Source of the DNA: Candidatus Anstonellales archaeon
GTDB taxonomy: Archaea; Micrarchaeota; Micrarchaeia; Anstonellales; J096
Assembly: GCA_038890745.1 (NCBI GenBank)
Contig: JAWAFD010000001.1
Location: forward strand, 156,907-220,906
Length of the DNA: 64,000 nucleotides
Direction of reading: 5' to 3'
Shown: piece by piece, positions 30,934-42,348 of the stretch
How the letters are laid out: every line of letters begins with the position of its first letter
How positions within the stretch are numbered: the stretch's first letter is position 1
Program-made: the position numbers and the translations under genes
Notes under the pieces: generated by a model
What the model was told of the DNA's origin: nothing
The model's input: only the letters and a program-made list of their open reading frames with translations
Database searches by the model: none

Positions 30934-30939
30934 GCATGA
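30292..30939 (+). CDS. two-motif LAGLIDADG homing endonuclease
   Basis: YLLGVLRDGS and YLAGFYDAEGG. Confidence 0.88.
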   Translation: MKNLSYLLGVLRDGSLPTCREKAEVTLAADYSRDWLVMIAKMASVEFSIPLKRFKIYKVWANKSKRYCFRLKVYSKELYELLLRYYPAGSQIYWKTPAVVKTSFENRLAYLAGFYDAEGGCRNAERFVNGFTKSFQCWCSIRCKHYFSPNEPLLFLKNVLQGMNVTSSIYDSDELVLTGIKNIKRFYTLVPLKHQKKKKDLENMILFSEACSAEA

Positions 30940-31408
30940 ATGGCGTAACGTCTCCCCCACTGTCCCTGCTTGGGACCCTGTGAAGTCACTTCCCGGTGAA
31001 GATGCCGGGGACTTCCAGTGGGAAACGAAGACCCCATGGAGCTTTACTATAGCCTGGTGTTTTTTCATCGGTGGGATTACAGAGCGTAGGTGGGAGCCTT
31101 CGAAGCAACCCTTTCGGGGGTTGTGGAGGCGCCAATGTAACACCACCTTATCTTGTCGGTGAGGATTACCCGCAAGGGAACAGCACCAGGTGGATAGTTT
31201 GGCTGGGGCGGTACGCCCACGATAAAGAAACATGGGCGCCCAATGGTCAACTCACCCGGGTCAGAAATCCGGGGAAGAGGGTGAAGGACATATGTTGGCC
31301 TGACTGTATCCCTAAAAGCGTGGGATGCAGATGCGAAAGCAGGGCCTAGCGAACCTGGGCTGCCTATTAGTAGGGCATCCAGCTGTCAAACAAGCTACCC
31401 TGGGGGTA

Positions 31409-32051
31409 ATTTGTTCTGCGGTATATTTCTCGGAGACGAGGTATCGCAACGTATTTAAACGACTCAATTAGAATAAGTAGTATGCACAGCGACTTGGCAT
31501 ACCTACTCGGAGCAGGAGGAGACGCAACTGCAATCTACTACAAACCAAAGAATGAGTACTATATTGAATACGAGCAAAAATCGAAAGAATGGCTAGAGAA
31601 TTCAATACTGCCGCGCGTGGAAAGAGTATTTGGAAAGAAAACAGCATCGAAGCAAAGAAAGTCAGGGATGTACCGTGTTAGGTTCTATTCAAAGGATGCG
31701 TTTTTTCTTTTCTTAGAAATAAGAAAAAATCCTTTGAAAATCCTCCGATGGAGCAAAGAAGCACAGGTGAATTTTGTGAAAGGTTTTTTCGATGCAGAGG
31801 GCTCTGTTCAGTGTAAACCGCGAATGCGAATTCAGATATATCAAAAATCAAAAGCAGTATTACATGTGATTTCTAAGATCTTAACTGCCGTTGGAATAAA
31901 ATGTGGAAATATCACTACCTCACGGGATGTTTTTATTCTACCAATCCGGTCGAAAACAAATTTGATTAAATTTAGTCGTTTTATCGGCTCCGAGGATCCG
32001 CAAAAACTAAAAGTGTTTGCGGATTTGAAATACCGTTGAACAAAACCCTTA
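31409..32051 (+). mobile_element. 643-nt BHB intron in 23S peptidyl-transferase loop (approx. E. coli 2450/2451) with homing endonuclease
   Basis: GGGG/CCCT helix, two TAA bulges, TTTGTTC/GAACAAA stem; removal restores CTGGGGGTA|ACAGG. Confidence 0.85.
31482..32039 (+). CDS. two-motif LAGLIDADG homing endonuclease
   Basis: [10 protein letters not shown] and [11 protein letters not shown]. Confidence 0.88.
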   Translation: MHSDLAYLLGAGGDATAIYYKPKNEYYIEYEQKSKEWLENSILPRVERVFGKKTASKQRKSGMYRVRFYSKDAFFLFLEIRKNPLKILRWSKEAQVNFVKGFFDAEGSVQCKPRMRIQIYQKSKAVLHVISKILTAVGIKCGNITTSRDVFILPIRSKTNLIKFSRFIGSEDPQKLKVFADLKYR

Positions 32052-32078
32052 ACAGGCTCGTCGCGGGCGAGAGTACAC

Positions 32079-32151
32079 AAACCCTTTTCTTTCTTGTAAG
32101 AAAGAAAAGCGTTTACGGAAAAGAAAGAACTTTTTTGTAAAGTTTGTACAA
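32079..32151 (+). other. 73-nt AU-rich BHB mini-intron in 23S
   Basis: GTAC/GTAC helix, ACA and AAA bulges; removal restores GAGAGTACAC|ATCGACCCC; internal hairpin CTTTTCTTTCTT/AAGAAAGAAAAG. Confidence 0.82.
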
Positions 32152-32641
32152 ATCGACCCCGCGGCTTGGTACATCGCTGTCGGCTTGGGCCATCCTGGTG
32201 GTGCAGGAGCCACCAAGGGTTGGGTTGTTCATCCATTAAAGGCCCACATGAGCTGGGTTCAGTACGTCGCGAGACAGTACGGTAGTATCTGCTGGAAGTG
32301 TAGCTCTTTGAGGGAAGGGGTCTTTTAGTACGAGAGGAACTTGGACCCGGGGCCTCTGGTTTACCGGTTGTCACAGGCACTGCCGGGCAGCCACGCCCCA
32401 TGGTGATAAGACCTGAAAGCATCTAAGGTCGAAGCACCTCCCAAAACTAGAGAGCAAAGCCCGCCCATAGCAGATGGGTTTGATAGGACGGTGGTGTAAG
32501 CAGCAAGGGCAACCGAGCTGCTCAGCCAGCCGTTACTAAAGGGATAATCCATCTTAAATTTGCTCGCTCTTCTCCGATGATTTCTAAATCTTTGCGTTGA
32601 CAATGCAAATATTTATAAAATCTTCGCATTTCTATTTAAAT

Positions 32642-33919
32642 ATGGTGAATGTTGAGGATATTAAAACTGCTATAGTTGATAGAGAAGCTGATTTGGAAAC
32701 AAGATTTCGGGAGGAAAAAATAGTGGACCGCGAGGCCCGCGCTTATGCCGAACGTCTTATTTCTAAGGATGCTGCCCTCGTTATAACAGGGCCAAGAAGA
32801 TGTGGTAAGTCTATCCTTGCTTTTATGCTTGGTTCTGGTAAGAATTTTGCGTACGTTAACTTCGAGGATGAGAGGATTGCCATCCGTGCCTCGGAATTAA
32901 ACAAAGTGCTTGAAGCCATATATTCGCTTAAGGGAGAAGTTGACCTTTTGATTTTTGATGAAATCCAGAATGTTCCTGGTTGGGAAAGGTTCGTATCCAG
33001 GCTTATGGGAACAAAAAAAATAATTCTTACAGGAAGCAATGCGACACTTCTTAGTAAAGAACTTGCCACATATCTAACAGGAAGGCATATAGATATAATG
33101 CTGTTTCCGTTCAGTTTTAGGGAATTTTTGGATTTAAAGGGATTTGCGTACAATGTGTACAAAACGTTTGATAGAGCCAGAATCAGAAACTATTTTGAAG
33201 AGTACATCGAGATAGGAGGTTTTCCCTTAGCACAAAAGCTTGGTAGAATTTTTCTCGCAGAGAATTACAAAGATATAATTGAGAGGGATGTTACTCAACG
33301 TTATAAAGTTAAACATCCTGCTGCTTTGAAAGAACTTGCAAAATACCTTATTTCAAACGTTTCTAATGAGATTTCTTTCAACAAAATAAAAAATATTTTA
33401 GGAGTTAAGAGTTCTCATACAATAAAACAATATTATTCCTATCTCTCAAATGCGTACTTAATTTTTATGGTTGAGCGTTTTTCATTCAAGCTTAAGGAAC
33501 GGATCCTTGCACCTAAGAAAATATACTGCATTGACAATGGCATAGTAAGCACAGTCGGGTTTAAGATTTCAGATAATAGAGGAAGGGCAATGGAAAATCT
33601 AGTTGCTGTGGAACTTCTCAGAAAGGCGAGCAAAAACAAAAAATTTGAGGTTTACTATTGGAAGGACTACCAGCAAAGAGAGGTAGATTTTGTAATCAAA
33701 AATGGAAAGAGTGTGATTGGGCTTGTACAGACCACAGCGATATCCTCTAGAGAAGAGATGGATGGAAGAGAATTGGGCGCGCTGGTTAAGGCGAGCAAAG
33801 AGCTTAGGTGCAACAACCTCCTTGTAATAACAAGAGATTATGAAGGAGAGGAGAAGGTTGGTCAGAAAAGCATTCGGTTCATTCCATTATGGAAGTGGCT
33901 TATTTTAGAACCAGAATGA
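32642..33919 (+). CDS. AAA+ ATPase (AAA_14 + DUF4143 PD-(D/E)XK-like tail)
   Basis: GPRRCGKS, FDEIQ, TGS, LTGR, GGFP, KKIYCID, ENLV, EVDF. Confidence 0.9.
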   Translation: MVNVEDIKTAIVDREADLETRFREEKIVDREARAYAERLISKDAALVITGPRRCGKSILAFMLGSGKNFAYVNFEDERIAIRASELNKVLEAIYSLKGEVDLLIFDEIQNVPGWERFVSRLMGTKKIILTGSNATLLSKELATYLTGRHIDIMLFPFSFREFLDLKGFAYNVYKTFDRARIRNYFEEYIEIGGFPLAQKLGRIFLAENYKDIIERDVTQRYKVKHPAALKELAKYLISNVSNEISFNKIKNILGVKSSHTIKQYYSYLSNAYLIFMVERFSFKLKERILAPKKIYCIDNGIVSTVGFKISDNRGRAMENLVAVELLRKASKNKKFEVYYWKDYQQREVDFVIKNGKSVIGLVQTTAISSREEMDGRELGALVKASKELRCNNLLVITRDYEGEEKVGQKSIRFIPLWKWLILEPE

Positions 33920-34005
33920 GAGTATTGTAAGCGCTTAGTGTATTAATTATGACATAGCTAATTAGACTACACTAAGCTTTTTATACCCAACCATCTAATT
34001 TTAGA

Positions 34006-34440
34006 ATGGGTGAGCGTATGAAAGATAAGGTTTTGAGCTGGGTGTTTCTTGCACTTGGAATAGTAATAATATTGGCTTCTGTGTATGCTGTTCTTGTTTT
34101 CTCCGGGAGCGTTCTGAGCGCTATCGTTGATTTTGTTGCAAACAACGATCTGAACAAAATAAAATCCCAATGTGCAGCTTATGTTCCTGCCCAGTTTGAG
34201 GATATAAAAAGGGATTTTGCAACCATCATCCTTCCAATGCTCTACTTAGGTGTTCCGGTAACCCTGATCGTTCTCTCTGCCTTGATGTTCCAGGCGGGGT
34301 ATTACAGGAGGAAAGCAGAGGAGGCTGAGAGGGAAAAACCGCTTGAGCATAAATACAAAGAGAAGATTAGCAAGGGAAGGGAAGAGCATGAGGAGAAGCA
34401 TGGAGGAAGGCATGAAGAGGAAGGGATGGAGGAGATGTAG
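34006..34440 (+). CDS. hypothetical membrane protein
   Basis: Two TM helices and a charged tail. Confidence 0.6.
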   Translation: MGERMKDKVLSWVFLALGIVIILASVYAVLVFSGSVLSAIVDFVANNDLNKIKSQCAAYVPAQFEDIKRDFATIILPMLYLGVPVTLIVLSALMFQAGYYRRKAEEAEREKPLEHKYKEKISKGREEHEEKHGGRHEEEGMEEM

Positions 34441-34500
34441 AAGAGTCGGGTCTTAGGGGAAGTGGAAAAATTTTTATTTTAATGCGCCGATAAATAAGAG

Positions 34501-36033
34501 GTGAGAAAAACGACATCAAATGGCGCAAATCTTGGTTTTGAGCAGAAACTCTGGCAGGCAGCAGACAAGTTGAGAAGTAACATGGACGCTGCAGAGTATA
34601 AGCATGTTGTTCTTGGCCTGATTTTCTTGAAGTATATCTCTGATGCATTCAAAGAAGTCTATGAAGAATTAAAAAAAGATCCAGACGCTGATCCAGAAGA
34701 TGTTGACGAATACATTGCAAGAAGGATTTTCTGGGTTCCAAAAGAAGCGCGATGGGAGTATTTACAGGCTAACGCAAAAAAGCCAGAGATAGGAGAACTT
34801 ATAGATCATGCAATGGATGTTATCGAAAGAGACAATCCCTCATTGAAAGGTGTTCTTCCAAAAATTTATGCACGTCCTGCATTAAGCAAACAGCGCCTAG
34901 GAGAGCTAATAGATTTAATTGGCACAATAGGGCTTGGTGATAAAGAAAACAAAAGTAAGGACATTCTCGGGAGAGTTTACGAATATTTTCTTGGACAATT
35001 TGCTGCCGCAGAAGGCAAGAAAGGCGGCCAATTCTATACTCCAAGATGTATTGTAAAATTACTTGTCGAGATGCTTGAACCATACAAAGGCAGAATATTT
35101 GATCCTTGCTGTGGCTCTGGAGGAATGTTTGTTCAATCAGAAAAATTTGTTGAGGCTCATGGTGGAAGAATAGGTGACATTTCAATTTATGGTCAAGAAA
35201 GCAATCCGACAACATGGCGTCTTTGCAAAATGAACCTTGCGATAAGAAGGATTGATGCAAACATAAAGTGGGGGGATTCTTTTCATAATGATCAATTTAA
35301 GGATTTAAAAGCAGATTTTATCTTAGCAAATCCACCTTTTAACGATTCAGATTGGGGTGGCGAGTTATTGCAGGAAGATGTAAGATGGAAGTTTGGTATT
35401 CCTCCAAAAGGAAATGCTAATTTTGCATGGGTTCAGCATTTTATTCATCATCTATCACCAACAGGAATGGCTGGCTTTGTTCTTGCTAACGGCTCTTTAA
35501 GCTCAATGACTTCTAATGAAGGTGAGATAAGAAAGAATATTGTTAAAGCAGATTTGGTAGATTGTATTGTTGCTCTACCTTCACAATTATTCTATAACAC
35601 AATGATTCCAGCTTGTCTATGGTTTATTTCTCGTGATAAAAAAGATAACAAATTCAAAGATAGACGAGGGAAGATTCTGTTTATTGACGCGAGAAAAATG
35701 GGTGTAATGATAGATAGAAGACATAGAGAATTAACTGATGAGGAAATAAAGAAAATTGCCGATACTTATCATGCGTGGAGGGGAGAAAACAAACTTGAAT
35801 ATAAAGATATTCCTGGCTTTTGTAAGTCTGCTACATTAGAAGAAGTTGAAAAAAATAATTTCATTTTAACACCAGGCCGATATGTTGGCTTTGAGGAAGT
35901 AGAAGAACCAGAAGAAGTTTTCGAAGAAAAAATGAAAAAGCTAACAGCAGAACTAAAACAGCAAATGGAAGAGAGCAAAAGACTTGATGAAGAAATAAAA
36001 AAGAATTTGGAGATGCTGGGGTGGAGGGTGTAG
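34501..36033 (+). CDS. hsdM: type I R-M methyltransferase subunit
   Basis: [27 protein letters not shown] (m6A). Confidence 0.96.
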   Translation: MRKTTSNGANLGFEQKLWQAADKLRSNMDAAEYKHVVLGLIFLKYISDAFKEVYEELKKDPDADPEDVDEYIARRIFWVPKEARWEYLQANAKKPEIGELIDHAMDVIERDNPSLKGVLPKIYARPALSKQRLGELIDLIGTIGLGDKENKSKDILGRVYEYFLGQFAAAEGKKGGQFYTPRCIVKLLVEMLEPYKGRIFDPCCGSGGMFVQSEKFVEAHGGRIGDISIYGQESNPTTWRLCKMNLAIRRIDANIKWGDSFHNDQFKDLKADFILANPPFNDSDWGGELLQEDVRWKFGIPPKGNANFAWVQHFIHHLSPTGMAGFVLANGSLSSMTSNEGEIRKNIVKADLVDCIVALPSQLFYNTMIPACLWFISRDKKDNKFKDRRGKILFIDARKMGVMIDRRHRELTDEEIKKIADTYHAWRGENKLEYKDIPGFCKSATLEEVEKNNFILTPGRYVGFEEVEEPEEVFEEKMKKLTAELKQQMEESKRLDEEIKKNLEMLGWRV

Positions 36034-36034
36034 T

Positions 36035-36556
36035 ATGTTAAATAGGTTTTCAAAAATTATACTTTTTTATTTCTCGTATCTTCCGTTATTTAGCATTTTA
36101 ATAATCAGAAACATACATCATACTCAAACCATGTTGATAACTCTTGCTTCTGCTATCATCGTTGGTTTTATTTTGGTCACTTTATTGTTTAAAACCATAC
36201 AATCCGTTGTACCAAGTGAAGAAAAAATAACAATAACTGAACTTAAAAATAGTGAATATCTAAGCTTTTTAGTAACGAACATATTACCATTTATATTAGA
36301 TGACTTATCTGGAATTAGAGATATTATCTCATTTTCAATACTGCTGGTTTTAGTTGCTTACTTGTATATAGATACTTCGTTATTTTGTGTAAACCCTTTG
36401 CTAAAAATCTTTTTTAGATTTAATCTATACCATGTTATGATGGGGGATAGAAGATATTACTTAATCTCAAAAAACAAACATAAGATGATCTCATCAAAAT
36501 TAAGTGTTAAAAGAATCGGTGAGGACATCTTAATAGAGGATCAAAATGAACAATAA
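36035..36556 (+). CDS. Kiwa KwaA-like 4-TM protein
   Basis: SYLPLF, EYLSFLVTNILPF, NPLL.I.F pattern; paired with a DUF4868-like gene. Confidence 0.65.
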   Translation: MLNRFSKIILFYFSYLPLFSILIIRNIHHTQTMLITLASAIIVGFILVTLLFKTIQSVVPSEEKITITELKNSEYLSFLVTNILPFILDDLSGIRDIISFSILLVLVAYLYIDTSLFCVNPLLKIFFRFNLYHVMMGDRRYYLISKNKHKMISSKLSVKRIGEDILIEDQNEQ

Positions 36557-37484
36557 AATAAAATTTCCAGAAATAAAGAAAAATGCGGAGCTACGCTTTG
36601 TTAGGAGATACAGGCAAAAAGGTGTAACCAGGTATATTTTTTATAGAGCTAACATAAACACTGAAGTGTCACAAGTGCTTAAAGAATGGCTGAGTAAAGA
36701 AATTTCTAAAATCAGCGATAGAGAATTGACAGATTATACGGTAGATAATTTTCAAGATGTGGAGTATATCAATCTTAAAACTATTGATACCTGGGGCGAG
36801 TTCGAGCAAAAAGCGTTCACATTAGAACATCAAGAAAATGAAATATTGGAAAAAATAAAAAATCATCTAATAGCCTTTATAATTTATGTTAAACAAGATG
36901 ATGAAATAATTGGATATGTGCGAAAAATAACCCCGAAAAGTTTGTTAAATAAAAAAGGGTGGTATGTTATTTTTTTAAAAGATTCTAGCTTTAATGAAAT
37001 CAAAAAGCAAGAAGGAGTAGAGATAGATGATTTGGCTGATCTTGTGTTCAAAATCAGTAAAAATAAATCAGAAGGAGCAATTTTACAAAAGTATAATTTT
37101 AATTCCATATTTGATATTTTTGAACAGCAAAAAAATGATTCTATTAAAATACTAGAAATGAGTGACTTAATCACAAAACATCCTGAAAAAGCAGAAATTG
37201 AGAATATGGTAAAATCCGATAGACAAATCCAGCAAATGCTTCTTAATCCATTATTTAAAAGTCATGCAAAAGAGGTTGACTTTGCCACTCTAAAAAAATT
37301 AAAGGAAGAAGTAGGTGATAAAATCCATTTTGAATTAGATGAAACTAATAAAATTCCAATATTCCCTGCTGACAAAAGAAGGGAGGCCATAAAAGATTTC
37401 ATAAAAGTAATTTCTTATAGATACCAACGAGACTTGGATAGTAAGCACATATTAGAAAGTAAACCGATTAAGATGATAAAATGA
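36546..37484 (+). CDS. Kiwa KwaB-like (DUF4868-like) protein
   Basis: 312-aa soluble protein; IDDLADLV...NFNSIFD segment; size and position match KwaB. Confidence 0.62.
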   Translation: MNNKIKFPEIKKNAELRFVRRYRQKGVTRYIFYRANINTEVSQVLKEWLSKEISKISDRELTDYTVDNFQDVEYINLKTIDTWGEFEQKAFTLEHQENEILEKIKNHLIAFIIYVKQDDEIIGYVRKITPKSLLNKKGWYVIFLKDSSFNEIKKQEGVEIDDLADLVFKISKNKSEGAILQKYNFNSIFDIFEQQKNDSIKILEMSDLITKHPEKAEIENMVKSDRQIQQMLLNPLFKSHAKEVDFATLKKLKEEVGDKIHFELDETNKIPIFPADKRREAIKDFIKVISYRYQRDLDSKHILESKPIKMIK

Positions 37485-38788
37485 GCCCCAAAACCAAATT
37501 CAAACAAACTGAAATCGGAATGATTCCCGAGGATTGGGAGGTTGGAAATTTTGAAACGGATTTAATTGTAAGAGGTCGTATTGGTTGGAGAGGTTATAAA
37601 CTCTCTGATCTAAAAAATTCTGGACCATTTGTACTTGGCGGAGAGAATATCAAATCTTTTTATTATCTTGATTTTTCAGATGTTAAACACATATCAAAAG
37701 AAAAATATGAGGAATCTCCTGAAATACAATTAAAAGCAAATGATGTATTGTTAGTTACTAGAGGAAATTTGGGTGATGTTGGACATTTTAAAGGAGAATA
37801 TGAAGAAGTCACAATTAATCCAAGTATTGTCATTCTCAGAGAGTTTAAAGGTGATTCGAGATTTTTATTCTATTTTTTAATTTCCAAACAAGGAAAATCG
37901 TTAATTGAGTCAATAAAAAGCGGTAGTTCTGTACCTGCCATTTATCAATCTCAAATACGAAAGATAAGGTACCCAAAACCGCCCCTCCCCGAGCAACGCG
38001 CCATCGCCAAAGTTCTTTCGGCATTTGATGATAAAATAGAACTCAATCAACGAATGAACAAAACTTTAGAAGCAATAGGCCAGGCAATTTTCAAGCATTG
38101 GTTTGTTGATTTTGAGTTTCCAAACGAAGAAGGCAAACCATATAAAAGCTCGGGCGGAGAGATGGTTTATAGTGAGGAATTGGGAAAAGAGATTCCAAAA
38201 GGTTGGAAAGTACAAAATATCCAAGACATATTAATATTTGAAAGAGGAATAGAACCGGGATCTAAATATTATCTTACTAGACCTTCTGAAAATAGTGTAA
38301 AATTTATTAGAGTTGGAGATATGAGCACTCCTGGAAGAGATCAAATTTTTATTCCATTAGACGTGGTTAAAGGAAAATTCTGTACTGAAGATGATATTTT
38401 ACTGTCTCTTGATGCCACACTAGGAGTTGTAAGAGTAGGAATAAAGGGTGCTTTTTCTAGTGGAATTAGAAAAGTTTATAGTAAAGAAAAAGAAATTATT
38501 CCAAAAAGTTATATTTATTGGTTATTAAAGAGTAATTATATTCAAAATACGATCTATACTTTTGCTAATGGTACAACCATACTTCATGCCGGTAAATCTT
38601 TAGATTACATGGATTTAGCAATTCCAGATAAAAATATCTTTTCGAAGTTTTCTGAAATAGCTGAGCCTCTATTTAAAAAAATTATTAATAATCTGATTGA
38701 GATACAGTATTTAGAGCAAATCCGCGATTCTCTTTTGCCAAAACTTATGTCAGGCAAAATCAGAGTACCACTGGAGGTCAGAACATGA
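37481..38788 (+). CDS. hsdS: type I R-M specificity subunit
   Basis: [15 protein letters not shown]...[23 protein letters not shown]. Confidence 0.95.
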   Translation: MSPKTKFKQTEIGMIPEDWEVGNFETDLIVRGRIGWRGYKLSDLKNSGPFVLGGENIKSFYYLDFSDVKHISKEKYEESPEIQLKANDVLLVTRGNLGDVGHFKGEYEEVTINPSIVILREFKGDSRFLFYFLISKQGKSLIESIKSGSSVPAIYQSQIRKIRYPKPPLPEQRAIAKVLSAFDDKIELNQRMNKTLEAIGQAIFKHWFVDFEFPNEEGKPYKSSGGEMVYSEELGKEIPKGWKVQNIQDILIFERGIEPGSKYYLTRPSENSVKFIRVGDMSTPGRDQIFIPLDVVKGKFCTEDDILLSLDATLGVVRVGIKGAFSSGIRKVYSKEKEIIPKSYIYWLLKSNYIQNTIYTFANGTTILHAGKSLDYMDLAIPDKNIFSKFSEIAEPLFKKIINNLIEIQYLEQIRDSLLPKLMSGKIRVPLEVRT

Positions 38789-41700
38789 AAAAAGCAATCT
38801 CTGAATCGGATGTTGAAGAATTTGCTTTGTCAGTTTTGGGTAGTTTTGGCTATGAAATAATAAGAGGGAATAATGAGGATTATTTACCTAATGGAAAATA
38901 TGCATTAAGGCAAAGATACGAAGATGTTGTGCTTGTTGATAGATTACGCGGGGCTTTGCGAAAGATTAATCCACATGTTTCAGAACAAGCAAGGGAGCAA
39001 GCAATAAAAGAAATTCTAAGGATAGGAAGCCAAAAACTAATTGTTGACAATGAAACCTTTCATAAGATGCTTACGGATGGAGTTAGTGTTCCAATCACAA
39101 AAGCAGGTGAAGAAAGACATGTTTTGATTAATTTGTTTGATTTTAAAGATATTAAAAATAATGATTTTCTTGTTGTTAATCAATTTACAGTAATAGAAAA
39201 CAATGTTGAAAGAAGGCCGGATATTGTTTTGTTTGTTAATGGTTTGCCTTTGGTTGTTATAGAGTTAAAAAATCCTGCTGATGAAAATGCAACAATTTGG
39301 ACAGCATATAACCAATTTCAAACATATAAAGAACAGATACCCTCTCTATTCAAATATAATGAGATATTGGTTATTAGTGATGGTATAGATGCAAGAGCAG
39401 GCACGATTACTTCTGAGCCAGAGAGGTTTATGCAGTGGAAAACAATAGATGGAGAAAAACCAAAGAAAGGGTTAACGGAAATAGAAATCCTGCTTAGAGG
39501 CATGCTCGAAAAAAACAGGCTTTTGGATATTGTAAGAAACTTTATTGTTTTTGAAAAAGATAAAGAAACAAAAAAGAAACTAGCGGCTTATCATCAATAT
39601 TGGGCGACAAATAAAGCGGTTGAATCAACTTTACAAGCAAGAAAAACAAACAAAAAAGCCGGCATTGTCTGGCATACTCAGGGTTCTGGAAAAAGTTTAA
39701 CAATGATTTTTTACACTGGAAAAATTATCAGAGAATTAGATAATCCCACGATTGTTGTTCTTACAGACAGAAACGACCTCGATGATCAGTTATTTGGCAC
39801 TTTTAGCAAGTGTCAAGATATATTAAGACAAAAACCAGTTCAGGCAAACACGAGGAAAGAACTGCGGGAATTACTAAGTGTTTCTTCCGGCGGAATAGTT
39901 TTCACAACAATACAGAAGTTTTTCCCAGAGGAAGAGAGGGAGAAATATCCTGTGCTTTCTGAGAGAGACAACATTATCGTTATAGCAGATGAAGCCCATA
40001 GAAGCCAGTATGGTTTTGCAGCAAAAATACTAAAAAAAGAAGATAAGACACTTATAACATATGGTTATGCAAAGTACTTAAGAGATGCTTTGCCCAACGC
40101 ATCATTCATTGGCTTTACTGGAACACCAATAGAAAAAGAGGACAGATCAACCCCCGCCGTGTTTGGAAAATATGTTGATGTTTATGATATAGAGCAAGCA
40201 GTGAATGATGGTGCGACTGTAAGAATATTCTACGAAAGCAGACTGGCAAAATTAGAGCTCAAACCAGAAGAAAGACCAAAGATTGACCCAGAGTTCGAGG
40301 AGGTAACAGAAGGCGAAGAAGTAGAACATAAAGAAAAGCTCAAAAGAGAATGGTCAAGACTCGAAAAGATTGCAGGCGCGCCTAGAAGAATAAGAAGGAT
40401 TGCAAAAGACATTGTAAATCATTTTGAGCAAAGGCTTTCTGTCCTTGATGGAAAAGGAATGATTGTATGCATGTCAAGGAGAATATGTATCGATCTTTAT
40501 AATGAGATAATAAAACTAAGGCCAGAGTGGCATAACAAAGATGATGATAAAGGATTTATCAAAGTTGTAATAACTGGCTCTGCTTCTGACCCGAAAGAAT
40601 GGCAACAACATATAAGAAACAAAGTCAGAAGAAAGAAAATAGGTGATAACTTCAAGGATCCGAAACATGAAACTAAATTGCTTATTGTAAGGGATATGTT
40701 CTTGACAGGTTTTGATGCGCCATCTTTACATACAATGTATCTTGATAAACCAATGAAAGGACATACTTTGATGCAGGCAATAGCAAGAGTAAACAGAGTT
40801 TATCCTGGAAAGGAAGGTGGTTTAGTTGTTGACTATATGGGTGTTGGGGCTGAATTAAAAAAAGCTCTTAGGGATTATACAGAAAGTGGTGGTAAAGGAA
40901 AACCAACGCTAGATCAAGAAGAAGCCGTCAAATTAATGTTAGAGAAATATGAAATTGTAAAGGATATGTTTTATGGATTTAATTATAGAAAATTCTTCGA
41001 GCTTTCACCACAAGAAAGAGTCAGCTTTATACCTAATGCAATAGAGCACATACTAAAAGAACCTGGGAAAAAAGAGAGATTTGAAAAAGAGACTACCGCT
41101 CTTGTTAAAGCATTCTCTTTGGCAGTTCCCCATGAAAAAGCTATGAAGATCAAGGAAGAAGTTGGCTTTTTTCAGGCATTAAAATCAACAATATCAAAAA
41201 CGATCGAAACCAAAAAAGATGTAAAGGAACAGTATGAAATAGCAATCAAACAGATTATTTCAAAAGCTGTAATCTCTGATAGAATTATAGATATATTCGA
41301 GGCCGCTGGAATTCAAAAACCAGAGATTTCAATTTTATCAGAGGATTTTTTAGCTGAAGTAAAAGAGATGCCTCAGAAAAATTTGGCTTTTGAAGCCCTA
41401 AAAAAATTATTGAACGATGAGATTAAGATAATTTCAAAAAGAAACCTTGTTCAAGGCAAATCTTTCATGGAAATGCTAGACAGAACAATAAAAAAATATA
41501 CAAATAGGGCTGTAGAGGCTGCGCAGGTTATAGAAGAATTAATAGAGTTAGCAAGAAAAGTTAGAGAAGAAAAAAACAGGGGAAAAGAGCTTGGAATGAG
41601 TGAAGATGAACTTGCATTTTATGACGCACTTGAAGTCAATGATAGCGCAGTTAAAATACTTGGCGATGAGACTTTACGAAAAATAGCACTCGAACTAACA

Positions 41701-41883
41701 CAAATGATAAGAAAAAGTGTTACAATAGACTGGACACAAAGAGAAAGCGTTCAAGCAGAGTTACGCCTCAAAGTAAAGAAAATACTAAGAAAATACGGCT
41801 ATCCACCTGATAAAGAGAAAAAGGCAACAGAAACAGTTTTAAAACAGGCCGAATTAGTTGCTGGAAATTTACTTGCTGTTTGA
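38785..41883 (+). CDS. hsdR: type I R-M restriction subunit
   Basis: [37 protein letters not shown]. Confidence 0.96.
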   Translation: MKKAISESDVEEFALSVLGSFGYEIIRGNNEDYLPNGKYALRQRYEDVVLVDRLRGALRKINPHVSEQAREQAIKEILRIGSQKLIVDNETFHKMLTDGVSVPITKAGEERHVLINLFDFKDIKNNDFLVVNQFTVIENNVERRPDIVLFVNGLPLVVIELKNPADENATIWTAYNQFQTYKEQIPSLFKYNEILVISDGIDARAGTITSEPERFMQWKTIDGEKPKKGLTEIEILLRGMLEKNRLLDIVRNFIVFEKDKETKKKLAAYHQYWATNKAVESTLQARKTNKKAGIVWHTQGSGKSLTMIFYTGKIIRELDNPTIVVLTDRNDLDDQLFGTFSKCQDILRQKPVQANTRKELRELLSVSSGGIVFTTIQKFFPEEEREKYPVLSERDNIIVIADEAHRSQYGFAAKILKKEDKTLITYGYAKYLRDALPNASFIGFTGTPIEKEDRSTPAVFGKYVDVYDIEQAVNDGATVRIFYESRLAKLELKPEERPKIDPEFEEVTEGEEVEHKEKLKREWSRLEKIAGAPRRIRRIAKDIVNHFEQRLSVLDGKGMIVCMSRRICIDLYNEIIKLRPEWHNKDDDKGFIKVVITGSASDPKEWQQHIRNKVRRKKIGDNFKDPKHETKLLIVRDMFLTGFDAPSLHTMYLDKPMKGHTLMQAIARVNRVYPGKEGGLVVDYMGVGAELKKALRDYTESGGKGKPTLDQEEAVKLMLEKYEIVKDMFYGFNYRKFFELSPQERVSFIPNAIEHILKEPGKKERFEKETTALVKAFSLAVPHEKAMKIKEEVGFFQALKSTISKTIETKKDVKEQYEIAIKQIISKAVISDRIIDIFEAAGIQKPEISILSEDFLAEVKEMPQKNLAFEALKKLLNDEIKIISKRNLVQGKSFMEMLDRTIKKYTNRAVEAAQVIEELIELARKVREEKNRGKELGMSEDELAFYDALEVNDSAVKILGDETLRKIALELTQMIRKSVTIDWTQRESVQAELRLKVKKILRKYGYPPDKEKKATETVLKQAELVAGNLLAV

Positions 41884-42244
41884 ATATGCACAAAAAATAG
41901 ATGTCTGGATTAAGTCTGTTTAGAGAGGATTTTATGATATTCCTTATACCTCCCGCAAGGGCACACATCAGGCTTGGGCAAAGTTCAATCCAGACTTCTT
42001 TATCAAAATTGGAAAGTATATCTTAGTTGTGGAAATAAAATCCAATGAAGATATCACAGAAGAAAATAAAGCCAAATTGAAATATGCTAGAATACATTTC
42101 GAAGAGTTGAATAAAAAACAGAAGAAATTCAAATATTATTTCAAATTCCTTTCTCCGCAAGATTTCCCACAATTTTTTGAAGCTATAAGATCTGGGAATT
42201 ATACGAAATACACTAGCAATCTTGAAGCTGAGTTAAAGGGCTAG
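41882..42244 (+). pseudogene. C-terminal remnant of a type III restriction (Res) endonuclease
   Basis: Frame reads ...IDVWIKSV*RGFYDIPY...FNPDFFIKIG...VVEIKS; PD-(D/E)XK motif, in-frame TAG at 41921, no N-terminus. Confidence 0.72.
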
Positions 42245-42348
42245 TCTGGCTATAACTTACCATTCTGTGATATGGTGGAACAAATTCTCTTCTTACTTTG
42301 CCTAACTTCCACCAATGGTTCATCTCCACTAGTTTCTCAACTGTTAAC

